The position numbers and the translations under genes were made by a program. The notes under the pieces are model-generated. The model worked only from the letters and a program-made list of their open reading frames with translations, did not search any database and had not been told where the DNA came from. Source: Selaginella moellendorffii (lineage: Eukaryota > Plantae > Lycopodiophyta). From it: a DNA stretch of 64,000 bases. Location: positions 573,766 to 637,765 of the forward strand of contig NW_003314286.1 in NCBI RefSeq assembly GCF_000143415.4, in the 5' to 3' direction. Of the stretch, positions 62,851 through 64,000 are shown piece by piece; the stretch's first letter is position 1, and each line of letters starts with the position of its first letter.

Positions 62851-63478
62851 GGCTTATATGGGATGAGATTTGGATATAGTAGGGTTGCTCACATGGGATG
62901 AGATTTGGATATACTGTCACCGTAGATCCTTGGAACCTTGGGGATAAATGGGGATAAAATAACCACTAAGGGCTCTCTTATCAAGCAATTGCCACTTTTC
63001 TAGTTGACTTAAGAAGAGAGAGATAAGGTGCATTACAAGTATAGAGTGAGTGAAAGGAAAAGAGTGAAAGGGAAAAAGAAGTTCTCTATCCACTTCTAAA
63101 TTACCTAAGTCACCCTACTTTACTATGTTAGTCTTAAACTTTGTCCTTTTGCTTTTTTTTGCTTTTGTATACAAATGTATTGTGGAATTTTTTTTTCATT
63201 GTTAAGCTAGTAATCTCTACTCATTAATCTTCATGGTTTGTTGGCAAAATTTATAGAATGGGGCAAGAAAAATATAGATGTTACTCTTAGAGAATCTACC
63301 CTTTATTTTCTTTTCCTCTAAGTCTTGCATTACTTGGAAAAAAATTCTATATACCATACCAAACAAGATTTTGAGGAAGGTTTGCTGCAAAAAAAGAAAT
63401 ATCTATCCAATATATCCTTTGATTTCTTTTTATAGAACTTCCCCATCAATGAAAGCACTCAAATATATAAGGGTTTAT

Positions 63479-63997
63479 CTAGTATAAAGATGAATATTTT
63501 TTTAAGGGACATGTATTTTCCCTCTGTTCTAAATGAATAAATCCTTGTTTGAGTTTTTCAGAAAAGACTACTCCTTCTATCCAATTCCATTGATGTAGCT
63601 TTATAGGAAGATAGAAAAGTTTGAAAATAAGATCGTAAGTGATCTTAATATCCCTTCTATCCATTTTGAAAGTTAGTTTTACAAAATCCCATAATTGAAG
63701 AACTAATTTGCCTTCATGTGGTTTTACAAAGTTTGATATTACTTTGTAAAAAATTTTTAAACCCTTATTCTTCATTTAATTGGCCACTTTATTTATGCAC
63801 TTAGGTAGTTCATCATAATGAATCCCTGCAAGGGCTTCATCCATGAGCTTATCCATAGTTTTATATCCTAAGATATAGATAATATTTATGCTTATATCTT
63901 CATGATACTTTTTGAAACAGTTTAAATTTATTATTGCAGTATTATCCTCATTTAAAGTGTGCACTTCAGCCATTTTTGGAGCTGATATCTTAGACAA
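63479..63997 (-). pseudogene. Second PMD-like ORF remnant
   Basis: Two in-frame ORFs separated by one TAA; LTFKMDRRDIKITYDLIFKLFYLP resembles PMD-like motifs. Confidence 0.35.
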
Positions 63998-64000
63998 AAT

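Larger units (their letters stand above)
59630..63037 (+). mobile_element. Non-autonomous short-LTR element carrying a tandem array and nested LTR fragments
   Basis: 5' LTR 59630-59791 (TGTAGCGCA..TGCGCTATA), PBS TGGTATCAGAG 59794-59804, matching LTR segment 62896-63037 ending CATTACA; flanks GGTAT/AGTAT (4 of 5 match as TSD). Confidence 0.7.

Overview
Eukaryotic, repeat-dense plant genomic DNA. The 46-47 bp introns, many PLS-class PPR fragments and a cyanovirin-N-like lectin suggest a lycophyte such as Selaginella (inference). Most of the window is nested, decaying transposons. These include a DUF7869/Sola-like transposase tail (1-1080), a truncated Ty3/Gypsy with extra ORFs upstream of gag (2.7-7.2 kb), a chromovirus with both LTRs and a GTGTA TSD (14978-20738) inserted in an older Gypsy, and two copies of a Gypsy family carrying an 11/12-bp minisatellite in the LTR. 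There is also a Helitron helicase fragment, an apparently intact autonomous hAT element (55434-57971, 8-bp TSD), and a composite short-LTR element (59630-63037) holding a higher-order tandem array plus a Cassandra-like 5S-rRNA-bearing LTR. Host-type content: a triplicated ~2.5 kb unit (His/Ala/Pro-rich single-pass membrane ORF, CxxCH..C domain, PPR fragments), a 4-exon orphan gene with GNAT-like motifs, PPR pseudogenes and a CVNH lectin pseudogene. Four N gaps. All calls come from reading the sequence by eye; no searches were run.
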